From a virus (Duplodnaviria; Caudoviricetes): a DNA stretch of 54,188 nt. The stretch is taken from the IMG/VR virus record IMGVR_UViG_3300032770_000026, positions 1 to 54,188 of that record, one strand, 5' to 3'. The notes under the pieces are model-generated. The model worked only from the letters and a program-made list of their open reading frames with translations. It made no database searches and was not told the DNA's origin. Of this stretch, positions 26,189 through 35,382 are shown piece by piece. Both the position numbers and the translations under genes were made by a program. Position 1 is the stretch's first letter, and every line of letters begins with the position of its first letter.

Positions 26189-27429
26189 TGTATTTCAACG
26201 CACATTGTAAAGTCATAATAAATGATCAAACACTTGAGACTGTTGTAAGTGTTGAGACTCATAACGATTCTAATCATATAGGCTCGTATTGTGACATTGT
26301 GCTGCCTTTGAACTCAAGAATAGAATACAAAAGCGAAACAAACCAAGCGCCAAAACCAGACAATCAAGATCCTCAGATAGATTATAGTCAGGTAAATAAC
26401 GGATATATAACGGCTCCTACTCGATACCTTTTTAATACCGGAGATCATATTATCGTCAAAGCTAAATACGATGGCTATGAACAGGTAGACGGGGCGGAGT
26501 CCGATGGCTATTTACCGATTTTTGACGGGTTTATTTATGATTTCTACGAAAGTACGCCGGTTAAAATCAAGTGTTTAGACTATATATACTGGTTTAACAT
26601 AGGTATTTATGGAAGTAAAATCATAACAGTTATAAAGAATCTAAAACCTGGAAAGAAACCACCAAAAAAACCTAAAACGAGTACTGGCCAGGGGGTATCT
26701 TTTAAAAGTACAACATTTAAAGAAATCCTACAGGACATTTGCGACACAGTGAGTTATAATATAGCCGTCTGGAATGACGAAAATGATACAGATTACCCGG
26801 AAGTTTCTTTAAGCGAGCCTATTTTTGATATGAATCTTGTTAATATATCTTTTATTCAAATGTCCCCGGCTGCCGTTCTTGAATGGTTCAAAAAAGAGCT
26901 CGGTTTGAATATTACTTTAATGGGAACTAAGCTATATGCTAATTTAGCAAGTAATACAACCGGAACGGTAATCTTACAAACAGATAAAAACATTATTGCT
27001 TCAGGGCTTCAAACGACAAATTTAAAACATTTCAAAACAAAAAAATCAAAAGGTTCAAATTCTATATTCTTAAGAATCAAGGTAAAGGCTTATTTTTTGC
27101 GGGATGACGGGACAAAAGATAGTATAGAGGTAGGTGATCCGAACGGCCAACTAAGGGAGGTATTTTTCTATAACGTCAAGAGAGATGAAAAACTATATAC
27201 TCAAATGGCAAACGAGGCCATTCAAAAATATCATCAGGACCGTTATACCGGTGAAGTCGAAACATATTTGTACCCTTTTTGCGATCTTTTCTGGAAGGTA
27301 CAATATTTTGATGTCCGGTATCCTGAAAGAAATGGATCGTACGTTGTTACGATGTTGCAACAATCATTAAATGAACACGGGTTTCACAAAAAATTAAAGC
27401 TGGCATTTTTAGACGATCAAAATGGATAA
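26188..27429 (+). CDS. Baseplate hub protein (Mu gp44/P2 gpD-like)
   Basis: CDIVLP, IFDGFI, PVKIKCLD, PERNGSY motifs. Confidence 0.75.
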   Translation: MYFNAHCKVIINDQTLETVVSVETHNDSNHIGSYCDIVLPLNSRIEYKSETNQAPKPDNQDPQIDYSQVNNGYITAPTRYLFNTGDHIIVKAKYDGYEQVDGAESDGYLPIFDGFIYDFYESTPVKIKCLDYIYWFNIGIYGSKIITVIKNLKPGKKPPKKPKTSTGQGVSFKSTTFKEILQDICDTVSYNIAVWNDENDTDYPEVSLSEPIFDMNLVNISFIQMSPAAVLEWFKKELGLNITLMGTKLYANLASNTTGTVILQTDKNIIASGLQTTNLKHFKTKKSKGSNSIFLRIKVKAYFLRDDGTKDSIEVGDPNGQLREVFFYNVKRDEKLYTQMANEAIQKYHQDRYTGEVETYLYPFCDLFWKVQYFDVRYPERNGSYVVTMLQQSLNEHGFHKKLKLAFLDDQNG

Positions 27430-28018
27430 CGAGGCAGCAGAAAAAATAATTCATGACGGTTTGATTCGTTGGGGACGGTCTCTAATAAGGGCTTCGATTG
27501 TCACCGAGGGAGTTATTGTCTCAGTTGACGAAACTACTTATACTTGTGTTGTTGCTTTACAGACTACTAATCCTGACGGATCAGTAACAAATACAGAGAT
27601 TAATAATGTGCCTTTAAAAGTGCTTATAGGCTCCCAGGCTTCGCTTATTGAAATACCAAAAGTTAACACGACATGTACGCTTTGTTTTCGAGATAATAAT
27701 ATTCAAAGGCCTCAGCTTTACCAAGTTCATGAATGCGATAAGATTTTAATAAAAATTGGTAATACAACGTTACAGGCTGATACTAATGGGTTTGTGTTTA
27801 ATGGAGGCGATAAAGGAATGGTCAAGGCCGATGAACTTAAAACTCAAAGCGAAAAGGATAAAGCTATTTTAGATGGAATTTTACAAGTATTACAAACGCC
27901 CGTTAATGAACCTGGCAATGGAGCACCTTCTGCTTTTCAAGCTGCTTTAATAGCTGTAATAGGGACAAAACAAAGTGGAGATTGGACAAGTTTAGAAAAC
28001 GATAAAATTAAACAATAA
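27422..28018 (+). CDS. Baseplate spike protein (gpV/Mu gp45-like)
   Basis: OB-fold-like N-terminus, IPKVNT, FNGG motif. Confidence 0.65.
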   Translation: MDNEAAEKIIHDGLIRWGRSLIRASIVTEGVIVSVDETTYTCVVALQTTNPDGSVTNTEINNVPLKVLIGSQASLIEIPKVNTTCTLCFRDNNIQRPQLYQVHECDKILIKIGNTTLQADTNGFVFNGGDKGMVKADELKTQSEKDKAILDGILQVLQTPVNEPGNGAPSAFQAALIAVIGTKQSGDWTSLENDKIKQ

Positions 28019-28323
28019 TGGGAGACTTGCAATATAATCCACAAACGAGAGATCTTGTTATCACAAAAGGGGACTTTACGATGACTAATAACCCAAGTGT
28101 GCAGAATGGAGCTATAATCCGTGATGCTCATTGTTTTAGCCTTAGATTTCCGGTTTATGGCATCGGATTACAACGGGTTATTAATGCTCCTTTACAGGTT
28201 ATTAATTATGAAATGAACCGTTGGGTAACCCAGGTAAAAAGTGATGGTGCAAAAAAAGCAACTTTTACAGCTGAGATTGTAAATAAAACGGCTATTGTGA
28301 ATAACACAGTTTCGTATATATGA
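28018..28323 (+). CDS. Baseplate wedge/sheath initiator (gp25/Mu gp46-like)
   Basis: DLVI..GDF, FPVYGIGL. Confidence 0.6.
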   Translation: MGDLQYNPQTRDLVITKGDFTMTNNPSVQNGAIIRDAHCFSLRFPVYGIGLQRVINAPLQVINYEMNRWVTQVKSDGAKKATFTAEIVNKTAIVNNTVSYI

Positions 28324-28973
28324 TTTATGTAACAAAATATGGTGAGTCTATTCGTGATGTGTCTATCAATGCCTGCGGATCAATACAGGCATGGGAGCCT
28401 ATTCTTAATTTAAACTTATATACCGAATGGACGCCGACGCTTACAGCTGGTATGATATTAGAAGTTCCTGACGTTATTGATTCTGATGTGCAAAAAACAC
28501 AACAGCTTTATCCTTCTAATAACAATCCTAATATACCTAATCTTGATACTTTATTAACAGCTATTACTGATAATTTAGACAGTGCAACGATAAATATATT
28601 TACTCCGCCAGGTGTAACGCAATCGTTTATAAACTATTATACAGTACGGGAAAACGAGACTATAAAAGATGTTTGTTTAAACTCAACGGGCACAATAGAC
28701 AATTGGGAATCGATTTTAAATGCCAATGATTTTACCGAATGGGTACCTACTTTAACGGCCGGTCAAAAAATTGTTATACCCCCAGATGCTGAAATTCAAA
28801 ATAATGTGCTTTTTGTAACAACGAAATACCCTTCAAACAATGGACCTGATATTGCTAATTTTGATACATTGGTTAGTGATTTCATAAGCAATTTTAGTAA
28901 TTATTGGATATTACAGTCATCATACTGGGATGATTTGGGGCAGTGGATTGATATGGCTGAATGGTTAGATTAA
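28320..28973 (+). CDS. Tandem LysM-like (gpX-type) baseplate protein
   Basis: Two ~100-aa repeats: YVTKYGESIRDV...LTAG and YTVRENETIKDV...LTAGQ. Confidence 0.7.
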   Translation: MIYVTKYGESIRDVSINACGSIQAWEPILNLNLYTEWTPTLTAGMILEVPDVIDSDVQKTQQLYPSNNNPNIPNLDTLLTAITDNLDSATINIFTPPGVTQSFINYYTVRENETIKDVCLNSTGTIDNWESILNANDFTEWVPTLTAGQKIVIPPDAEIQNNVLFVTTKYPSNNGPDIANFDTLVSDFISNFSNYWILQSSYWDDLGQWIDMAEWLD

Positions 28974-28983
28974 AAACAAAGAT

Positions 28984-29358
28984 ATGTCAAGAATAAATAT
29001 AAATAATGGAGATTCAGGGTTAACGGTTAGGAATGCCTTAAACGCTATGACTTCAGAGTTATACGGAAGCCTTTCGAATGTTCCTATTAAATTGGTAGGC
29101 CAAACCGGGGCGTTTACTCAGGCAATATTAGCCGATACTTGGGTCGAAAGAATAAGTATAACGCCTGCATCTGGTACGCCGGATATTAAAATCGGAACTT
29201 CACTACACGGTACAGAGCTTTGCCCTGTGACTTCTATAGATAATTATTTGCCCGTGCTTATACAGCAATATTTTACCGATGCCAGTACCTTATATTTTGA
29301 GACTACGGGCGGAACCGTAAATGTAAGAATTGACAATTTAAATCCATACGCACTATGA
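28984..29358 (+). CDS. Small appendage-like protein sharing a domain with the 9555 protein
   Basis: NGDSGL.VRNALN fibre-attachment-like N-terminus; IKIGT...QYFTDASTLYF. Confidence 0.55.
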   Translation: MSRININNGDSGLTVRNALNAMTSELYGSLSNVPIKLVGQTGAFTQAILADTWVERISITPASGTPDIKIGTSLHGTELCPVTSIDNYLPVLIQQYFTDASTLYFETTGGTVNVRIDNLNPYAL

Positions 29359-30128
29359 GCGCTTATTCTACGATAATTTCCTTTATACAATCAGCAATGC
29401 CTGAGCTTAATAGCACAAGCGTTGCCGGGATTGTTAATAAAATGGCCGAGGCCAACGGGCAAGTAATAGATAATACTTTAGCGGAGTTAACCAATACAGA
29501 GACTATTATTACTCAAACTATAACCGATAAAAACGACGGTCATTCGGGATCGTATATTGCCAATGCTTTAGCTTACCAAGAAGGTGATAACCTTTCTATT
29601 GATGCGAACGGTAATTATTACTATGCTGTTATTGATACAACAAAGCAAATCATAAAGCAAGCTGCATTTAAAGAAGTAATAAGTGGGTCAAGTGCTTCAC
29701 TTGTGCTAAAAGTGGCTTATATTGATCCTAATACCGGACTTTTAGCAGCCTTACCGACAAATAAAAAAACCGCCTTTGATAGTTACTTCAGATTGTTTGA
29801 AAAACCAGGTCTACCGGTAACAAAAATTTCTAATGATCCGAATACATTAGCTTTTGATGCTCTTATAACTTATGATCCCACTTATGATTATACTATTCTT
29901 CAAACAAATGTTGCTGCTGCGTTAATTACTTTCCGGGATAACTTCACTTTTAATGGGACATTCAGGAATTACTATTTGGAAAACTATTTAGTTACAAACG
30001 TGCCTGGAGTTAACGCAGTTTATCTATCAAATACGACTATTGATGCGGTACCTTTTTCAGGGGATACTGTGCTTTCAGCTGGGTACTTTAATTTTGGAAC
30101 TGTAAACGTAACTTATGAATCAATTTAA
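29355..30128 (+). CDS. Baseplate wedge protein (J-like)
   Basis: Y..NALAYQ.GD, LKVA, FNG, VPGV, AGYF. Confidence 0.65.
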   Translation: MSAYSTIISFIQSAMPELNSTSVAGIVNKMAEANGQVIDNTLAELTNTETIITQTITDKNDGHSGSYIANALAYQEGDNLSIDANGNYYYAVIDTTKQIIKQAAFKEVISGSSASLVLKVAYIDPNTGLLAALPTNKKTAFDSYFRLFEKPGLPVTKISNDPNTLAFDALITYDPTYDYTILQTNVAAALITFRDNFTFNGTFRNYYLENYLVTNVPGVNAVYLSNTTIDAVPFSGDTVLSAGYFNFGTVNVTYESI

Positions 30129-30627
30129 GCAAATATCATATCCCAAAATGCTATATGAATGTTTGGGTGCTTACCACTCGGTAAACTCAGCCGGAGCGTT
30201 ATCTTATTTATACAAGTTCTGTCTGTGTTGTGTCTATGTGCTTCAAACCCCGTTTAATAATTTTGACTTATGGAGAATTAAAAAACTTCTTATCGCTAAT
30301 TGTCGCTGGGAAATAGGCCAATTAACAAATGTCCTTAACATGCTTTACGATCCTTCACAGAAACGAATAACCATAGGGCAAAACTCAATAGTTGGATGCT
30401 TTGTTTTTAACATAGACGAAGGCGAAAGCTCTACTTTTGTTATGAATATAGACGAAGATGAAAGTACGGTCTTTGTTCCAAACATCGACGAGGCAATAAA
30501 CAGTGCAATGGTTACATTTTATGTACCTGCTTCAATCTATACTAATACTCCGACTTTAACGTCTTTAATCGCTGATATTGAACAAATAAGATGGAAGGGT
30601 ATTTTATACCAAATTGTGTCACTCTAA
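30115..30627 (+). CDS. Baseplate wedge protein 2
   Basis: LTNVLNMLYDP..KRITI; three internal FVxNIDE repeats. Confidence 0.55.
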   Translation: MNQFKQISYPKMLYECLGAYHSVNSAGALSYLYKFCLCCVYVLQTPFNNFDLWRIKKLLIANCRWEIGQLTNVLNMLYDPSQKRITIGQNSIVGCFVFNIDEGESSTFVMNIDEDESTVFVPNIDEAINSAMVTFYVPASIYTNTPTLTSLIADIEQIRWKGILYQIVSL

Positions 30628-30637
30628 AACTTAAAAT

Positions 30638-31633
30638 ATGTCTAATAAAATTCAATTTCCAAACAATAGATTAACGCCTCCGGCTTTAGGCAAACCGGTA
30701 TTTGCGACAGATATTCAAAATAATACTGAAAATTTGCTTGAGGCAATGAATATCCTTTTAGGATTACCAGCTTCAGGAGGTACGGCTTTTGCAATACTAT
30801 CAGGTCTTACTTATAATGAAAGCGAAGGGACCTATGACCCTGGTTATGTTTATATGAATGGAGTTATATACTACAGTGCTGATATAATATATGATCCATG
30901 TTACCTTGTACCAAATGTAACTGATACTGAATCTAAATTGCATAATCCGGATGGAAATTCTTATAATACTTATCGTATCTATTATGCGATTTCAAGCTCG
31001 TCCCCATCTGGGGGAATGCCTCAATTTACAGGTTCTATGGATCAATATCGGTTAAGTATAGTTTTAGCTAAATCACAAGCAATCGCAACTGCGGCTGCGG
31101 ATGCAACTTCAAAAGCTAATACGGCGCAATCTAATGCTGAAGAATATACTGATAATGCAATTTCAGGATTAGGAACAGCGGCAACTAAAGATGTAGGATT
31201 AGCTGCAAACAACGTTTTGCAAAGCGATGGAATGAGTAGGGATAAATTTACAATGACAAGTGATCAGTATGATAAGTTGGTTACTGTTGAAGATGATTTT
31301 GTATGTCGGAGAGCAACAGGGATGAAACAACCAAAAATTATTGAGATTACAAATTATAATATGAATACTGGTGGAGCTGTATCTGAAATTTCTATTGCAC
31401 ATGGATTGACTTATTCAAAAATAATAGGATGCCGAGTTATTATCGAAAATGACGAAGAGACATTAAAAAATGTAATTTCAGGGACTAATGGCAATGGAAG
31501 TTCGACAGCCTGTTATTATGAAGTAAATGGAACTAATATTCGCATAATTAATGAAATTGGTAGTACATATTGCAGTTCCTCTTATGATGGCACAGGACAT
31601 AGAGGATGGATTATTATAGATAATATAGCTTAA
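30638..31633 (+). CDS. Tail fibre protein
   Basis: AILSG..PGYVYMNG N-terminus, DATSKANTAQ coil, GLGTAATKDVG fibre motif, IAHGL C-terminal domain. Confidence 0.7.
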   Translation: MSNKIQFPNNRLTPPALGKPVFATDIQNNTENLLEAMNILLGLPASGGTAFAILSGLTYNESEGTYDPGYVYMNGVIYYSADIIYDPCYLVPNVTDTESKLHNPDGNSYNTYRIYYAISSSSPSGGMPQFTGSMDQYRLSIVLAKSQAIATAAADATSKANTAQSNAEEYTDNAISGLGTAATKDVGLAANNVLQSDGMSRDKFTMTSDQYDKLVTVEDDFVCRRATGMKQPKIIEITNYNMNTGGAVSEISIAHGLTYSKIIGCRVIIENDEETLKNVISGTNGNGSSTACYYEVNGTNIRIINEIGSTYCSSSYDGTGHRGWIIIDNIA

Positions 31634-32565
31634 TTTGAAAAATGATTAGCTTCATTTTCAAAATAGTTATTTGAATAACCATTAACTAAATCATTTATAG
31701 CGTAAGTTGAAAGAAAATTTAGGTTTATATTGAGATGATTTAATATCTTGTTATTTGAATTTGGAGTAAATAAATCAAATTCAGTATATTGTAAAGCATG
31801 AATAAATTCATGTTTTAAATTAGCCTTAAAATCGGAATTGGAATATTTTAAAGGTTTAAAATAAGGATCATTATTTTTGAAAGCTGTTATTGTATTTCCC
31901 AATGATTGGCCAACTGTTAAGCCTTCAGTAATTGGTTTATGAGATGAAATAAACACTATTGATCCAGTTAATAATGTTTGTTTAATATTGAATGAATATC
32001 CTTTTGAAAAACTTAAATAAGCTATATATCCTATTATTGCAGGATCAATTTTAATTGATATTTTATGAAAACTAGCTTGAAAATTAAAACAATAAAGTGT
32101 TAAATATAAATTAGATGTAATTGGCTTATTATTATATCCATTGATTATAATTGATTGACCTATTGAATGAATTAATCTTGAAGTTAGCAAAAAATCATTT
32201 TGTTTTACCGAATATTTGGCCGTATAGTTAATAGCACCTCCAATAGCGCCCTTATATAATCCCTTAATCATTGCATGAGTGAATTTTTCTCCTTTTTTAT
32301 GATGAAATCCCGAACCAATTCCGCTAACTAAACTCGAAGAAATGACATTATAAGCAGCATATTTTAAGTCGTTTTGTGCCTGACAAATAACTGGAATCAT
32401 AAAGAATAAAACCAATATTTTTAGATTCTTGTTAATAAACTTTTCAACAAGCTTAGATGCATGCTTTGTTAAGGTAGTCTTATTTTCCTTGCAGAACTTT
32501 TTATAAAGTTTGTGATTTTCAGGCGAAAGCCTTACATTAAATTTTGGTAATTTGTTCTTGTACAT
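31630..32565 (-). CDS. Ribbon-helix-helix domain fused to a membrane/exported HExxH zincin-like domain
   Basis: KFNVRLSPENHKLYKKFCKENKTTLT; ILVLFFMIPVICQA-Q; KHEFIHALQY...FENEAN. Confidence 0.6.
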   Translation of the reverse strand: MYKNKLPKFNVRLSPENHKLYKKFCKENKTTLTKHASKLVEKFINKNLKILVLFFMIPVICQAQNDLKYAAYNVISSSLVSGIGSGFHHKKGEKFTHAMIKGLYKGAIGGAINYTAKYSVKQNDFLLTSRLIHSIGQSIIINGYNNKPITSNLYLTLYCFNFQASFHKISIKIDPAIIGYIAYLSFSKGYSFNIKQTLLTGSIVFISSHKPITEGLTVGQSLGNTITAFKNNDPYFKPLKYSNSDFKANLKHEFIHALQYTEFDLFTPNSNNKILNHLNINLNFLSTYAINDLVNGYSNNYFENEANHFSN

Positions 32566-32575
32566 GACAGTAAAA

Positions 32576-32761
32576 TTAAAATGAAATAGCAAACTGTGAT
32601 CCTATTTTCATGAGTTTTGCGCCTGTTTGCGCTGAAAAATAGGTTAAAATCTTTTCTTCCGACCAACTATTTAATATAGAATCAACTACTTTATCAAGTA
32701 TTGATTGTTCTGTGCTTTGTGGCCTGTAACACATTTCTATTATTTCTCTTTTGCTGTACAT
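32576..32761 (-). CDS. Hypothetical protein
   Basis: First gene of the reverse-strand pair. Confidence 0.55.
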   Translation of the reverse strand: MYSKREIIEMCYRPQSTEQSILDKVVDSILNSWSEEKILTYFSAQTGAKLMKIGSQFAISF

Positions 32762-32792
32762 ATCGTGTTGTTTTTCTTTACTATATTATACG

Positions 32793-32808
32793 AAAGTTAC
32801 GTAACTTT
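32793..32808. promoter_or_regulatory. Perfect 16-bp palindrome over the -7 box of the reverse-strand promoter
   Basis: AAAGTTACGTAACTTT; minus strand reads TTG-N20-TAACTTTC. Confidence 0.6.
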
Positions 32809-32857
32809 GTTGTAATAAACAACATGTTTTAGAGCATAAGTGTTTTTATATTAAAGG

Positions 32858-33102
32858 AATCCCCTCATAAAGTTACGTAACTTATACAATTTATTCCTAA
32901 ACTAGAGATATTGATAATCAATATGTTAAGTGTTTTTGATGTATAAAAATATAACAAAAAATATAGTTTTTATAACTAATTGATTTACTGTTAGATTATC
33001 TTCTGGAGAGGGCTATATTTAAAATCAACCTTGGCATTTGGGCGTAAAACTTATTCTGAGACCGTGTAGAGAATTTATAGACCTTGAAAGGCTTGTTTAA
33101 TC
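32858..33102 (-). repeat. Non-coding module, copy 2
   Basis: Inverted copy of 13727-13972; AAGTTACGTAACTT at 32870-32883. Confidence 0.9.
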
Positions 33103-33133
33103 AAAGGCATAGGGTTATAAAATTAGACATTTT

Positions 33134-33181
33134 TGACATACAAATGTATGCAATGAATTCCTAGTGAGAACAGTAATTTTG
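33134..33181 (+). promoter_or_regulatory. Late promoter 3: palindromic box plus -7 box
   Basis: TGACATACAAATGTATGCAAT at 33134; TAATTTTG at 33174. Confidence 0.8.
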
Positions 33182-33196
33182 TTCAAATATTTTACT

Positions 33197-34900
33197 ATGA
33201 AAAAGATAGTCTTTATTATCTTAACTAGCTTAACGTTAAATTGTTATTCTCAAAATCCTATCCCAATTTCTCAACCTTATAACTTTCTCCAATATGTTCA
33301 GGTTCAAAAATATATTTATGTTAAGGATAGTGTTGAGATTAATAATAAATGGTGGTCGCCTTATTGGTGGAATACCTTTAACAATAAAGTAGGGTTTAAA
33401 GATACCACTTCAACAGGCAAAATAGACACAAAAGCGCAACGCGCGACTGCATTAAATAGCTATCAAAAAAAATCAGATACAGCAACTTATGACGCTTCAA
33501 AATATTATGTTCAGCAATTATTGAATTCTTATATTAAATGGGTTGATACGTTGTCAACTGGAAAGATAGCTACAAAAAAATATGTTGCTGATCATTCAGG
33601 CGGTTCTTCAGATAGTTCTAAATTAATAACTAAATATGATTTTACTCAAGGCGTTTATGGTGAGGTTCATTTGTTGGATGAAAATAATATAAATGAATTT
33701 GCTATACAAAATGATGAAATTTTATTGCAGGCTAAATCTATTTTAGGGGCAAGTGCAGGAATCTATGCCGATACCTTTGGAAATGCATATTTAACCGGGT
33801 CAAATCATACAGGAACAAAGACGACAACTTATAAAGTTGGGCAAAATGGATTAGAGGCAACGGCTAATTATTATGCAAGAAATATTTCAAATCCAGGATG
33901 GTTAGTTGATAAAAATGCTTTAGATAGTACAGTTGCAGCTAATTCCGGCGGAAGTTTTGGTGATAGTATTTTAAAATTCGATGCTATTAAAAAGACATTC
34001 GTGCCTTATTCGAGTAAGCAAAATCAATTAAGCTTTTATAATGCAAATACATGGCCTGACAAAACAGATGATACGCTTAAATTAAATGGAATATATTGCC
34101 CTACAGGTTTGCATTTTAGAAATGGGGGTAGAATATGGGATTTTACACTTCAAGGAATGTATGGATACCCGGAATTCAACATGTTTGAAAACAATAATAT
34201 ATTAGCCCTTGGCTTTAATCCGAATAACGGGAATTATCTTTTTAACAACGTAACCCCTGATTCAGTTTTTGGAATGACATTTAATCAGCAAGATTCCATA
34301 CGATTTCAAGCGACTTCATTTTTTACAAAAATGGGAGATATAACTAAAAATAATTATATCAATGTTGATTATAAAGGAAGGCTAACTCAAGTGATAGGTG
34401 GCGTTACAAAAACTGTGTTATCAACGTCAGGGGACTTAACATTAGCGGGTGATTTAAAATATAAAGTATCTCATGGAGATGCAGTAATTTCAGGTGCTTC
34501 TTATGTACCTTCATTAACTGTAAATGTCCCTTTGAAATTAGTACCATCAATGACAGTAAAAGAATCTGATAGTATTACAATAGCAGGTGATACAGTAACA
34601 ATAGCTGCAACCAGAGGAGGTGATTATAAATTCAGAATTTATGGAAATATATCATCAGTATCAGGAAATGATTTTGTAATTAATGAAAGAAAAAATTCAG
34701 TAGTAATAGATGTAAATGATTATTTTGAATGTTCTACTACAGGCGCTACAAATTTTACTCCAATTGCTTATGAATGGTATACACATGGACTGGTAGCAGG
34801 GGATAAAATATCATGGTGGATTACAAATACAACAAACTCAGATGATCCAACAATACGTAGTTTTAAGGTCATTGTAGAAAAAGTACCGGATAAAATTTAA
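33197..34900 (+). CDS. Fibre/adhesin-like protein with signal peptide
   Basis: MKKIVFIILTSLTLNCYS-Q; repeated DTxSTGKIxTK and ATKKYVAD; beta-rich C-terminus. Confidence 0.55.
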   Translation: MKKIVFIILTSLTLNCYSQNPIPISQPYNFLQYVQVQKYIYVKDSVEINNKWWSPYWWNTFNNKVGFKDTTSTGKIDTKAQRATALNSYQKKSDTATYDASKYYVQQLLNSYIKWVDTLSTGKIATKKYVADHSGGSSDSSKLITKYDFTQGVYGEVHLLDENNINEFAIQNDEILLQAKSILGASAGIYADTFGNAYLTGSNHTGTKTTTYKVGQNGLEATANYYARNISNPGWLVDKNALDSTVAANSGGSFGDSILKFDAIKKTFVPYSSKQNQLSFYNANTWPDKTDDTLKLNGIYCPTGLHFRNGGRIWDFTLQGMYGYPEFNMFENNNILALGFNPNNGNYLFNNVTPDSVFGMTFNQQDSIRFQATSFFTKMGDITKNNYINVDYKGRLTQVIGGVTKTVLSTSGDLTLAGDLKYKVSHGDAVISGASYVPSLTVNVPLKLVPSMTVKESDSITIAGDTVTIAATRGGDYKFRIYGNISSVSGNDFVINERKNSVVIDVNDYFECSTTGATNFTPIAYEWYTHGLVAGDKISWWITNTTNSDDPTIRSFKVIVEKVPDKI

Positions 34901-34911
34901 ACTTATATATC

Positions 34912-35382
34912 ATGAAAAAGATTTTTATTTTACTAATATTTAGCTTATCAATATTGAGCTTGAAAGCTCAAACCGTAATATACCCGCCAAATACGGCTTT
35001 CGGGACGTTTGATTCGATTAAAGTCCCTGTTACCGATACTGTTTATTCACTCTCTAAGATAGGAGATATTTCGGGTTATTATAGTGTTTGGGAATTTGAC
35101 ATGAGTCGGCTTGATAGTTCGGTGAGCGTAAATCCGGGAGGCGGAAGTCGAATAATAAGGAATTCGCCGAGATTATATTCTTTCAATCCAATTATAGCCG
35201 ATTCGCTTCCTTATACTTTACCAAGGCTTAAATGGAAAACAACCACAAATGGAGTAACGCAAAATACAAAAGCTTTGCCTATTATTATTCATTTTGATTA
35301 CGAATATGCGGCAATCAAAGTAAAACGTCTAGGATGTACAGCTGGTAAATATTTATTATTCAGAGTTAATTTTCACAGATGA
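34912..35382 (+). CDS. Beta-rich protein with signal peptide
   Basis: MKKIFILLIFSLSILSLKA-Q. Confidence 0.55.
   Translation: MKKIFILLIFSLSILSLKAQTVIYPPNTAFGTFDSIKVPVTDTVYSLSKIGDISGYYSVWEFDMSRLDSSVSVNPGGGSRIIRNSPRLYSFNPIIADSLPYTLPRLKWKTTTNGVTQNTKALPIIIHFDYEYAAIKVKRLGCTAGKYLLFRVNFHR

Noticed and set aside
7385-31633. Transposable Mu-like prophage
   Set aside because: Structural genes are Mu-like, but no MuA/MuB is evident and the phage encodes an initiator and primase-helicase.
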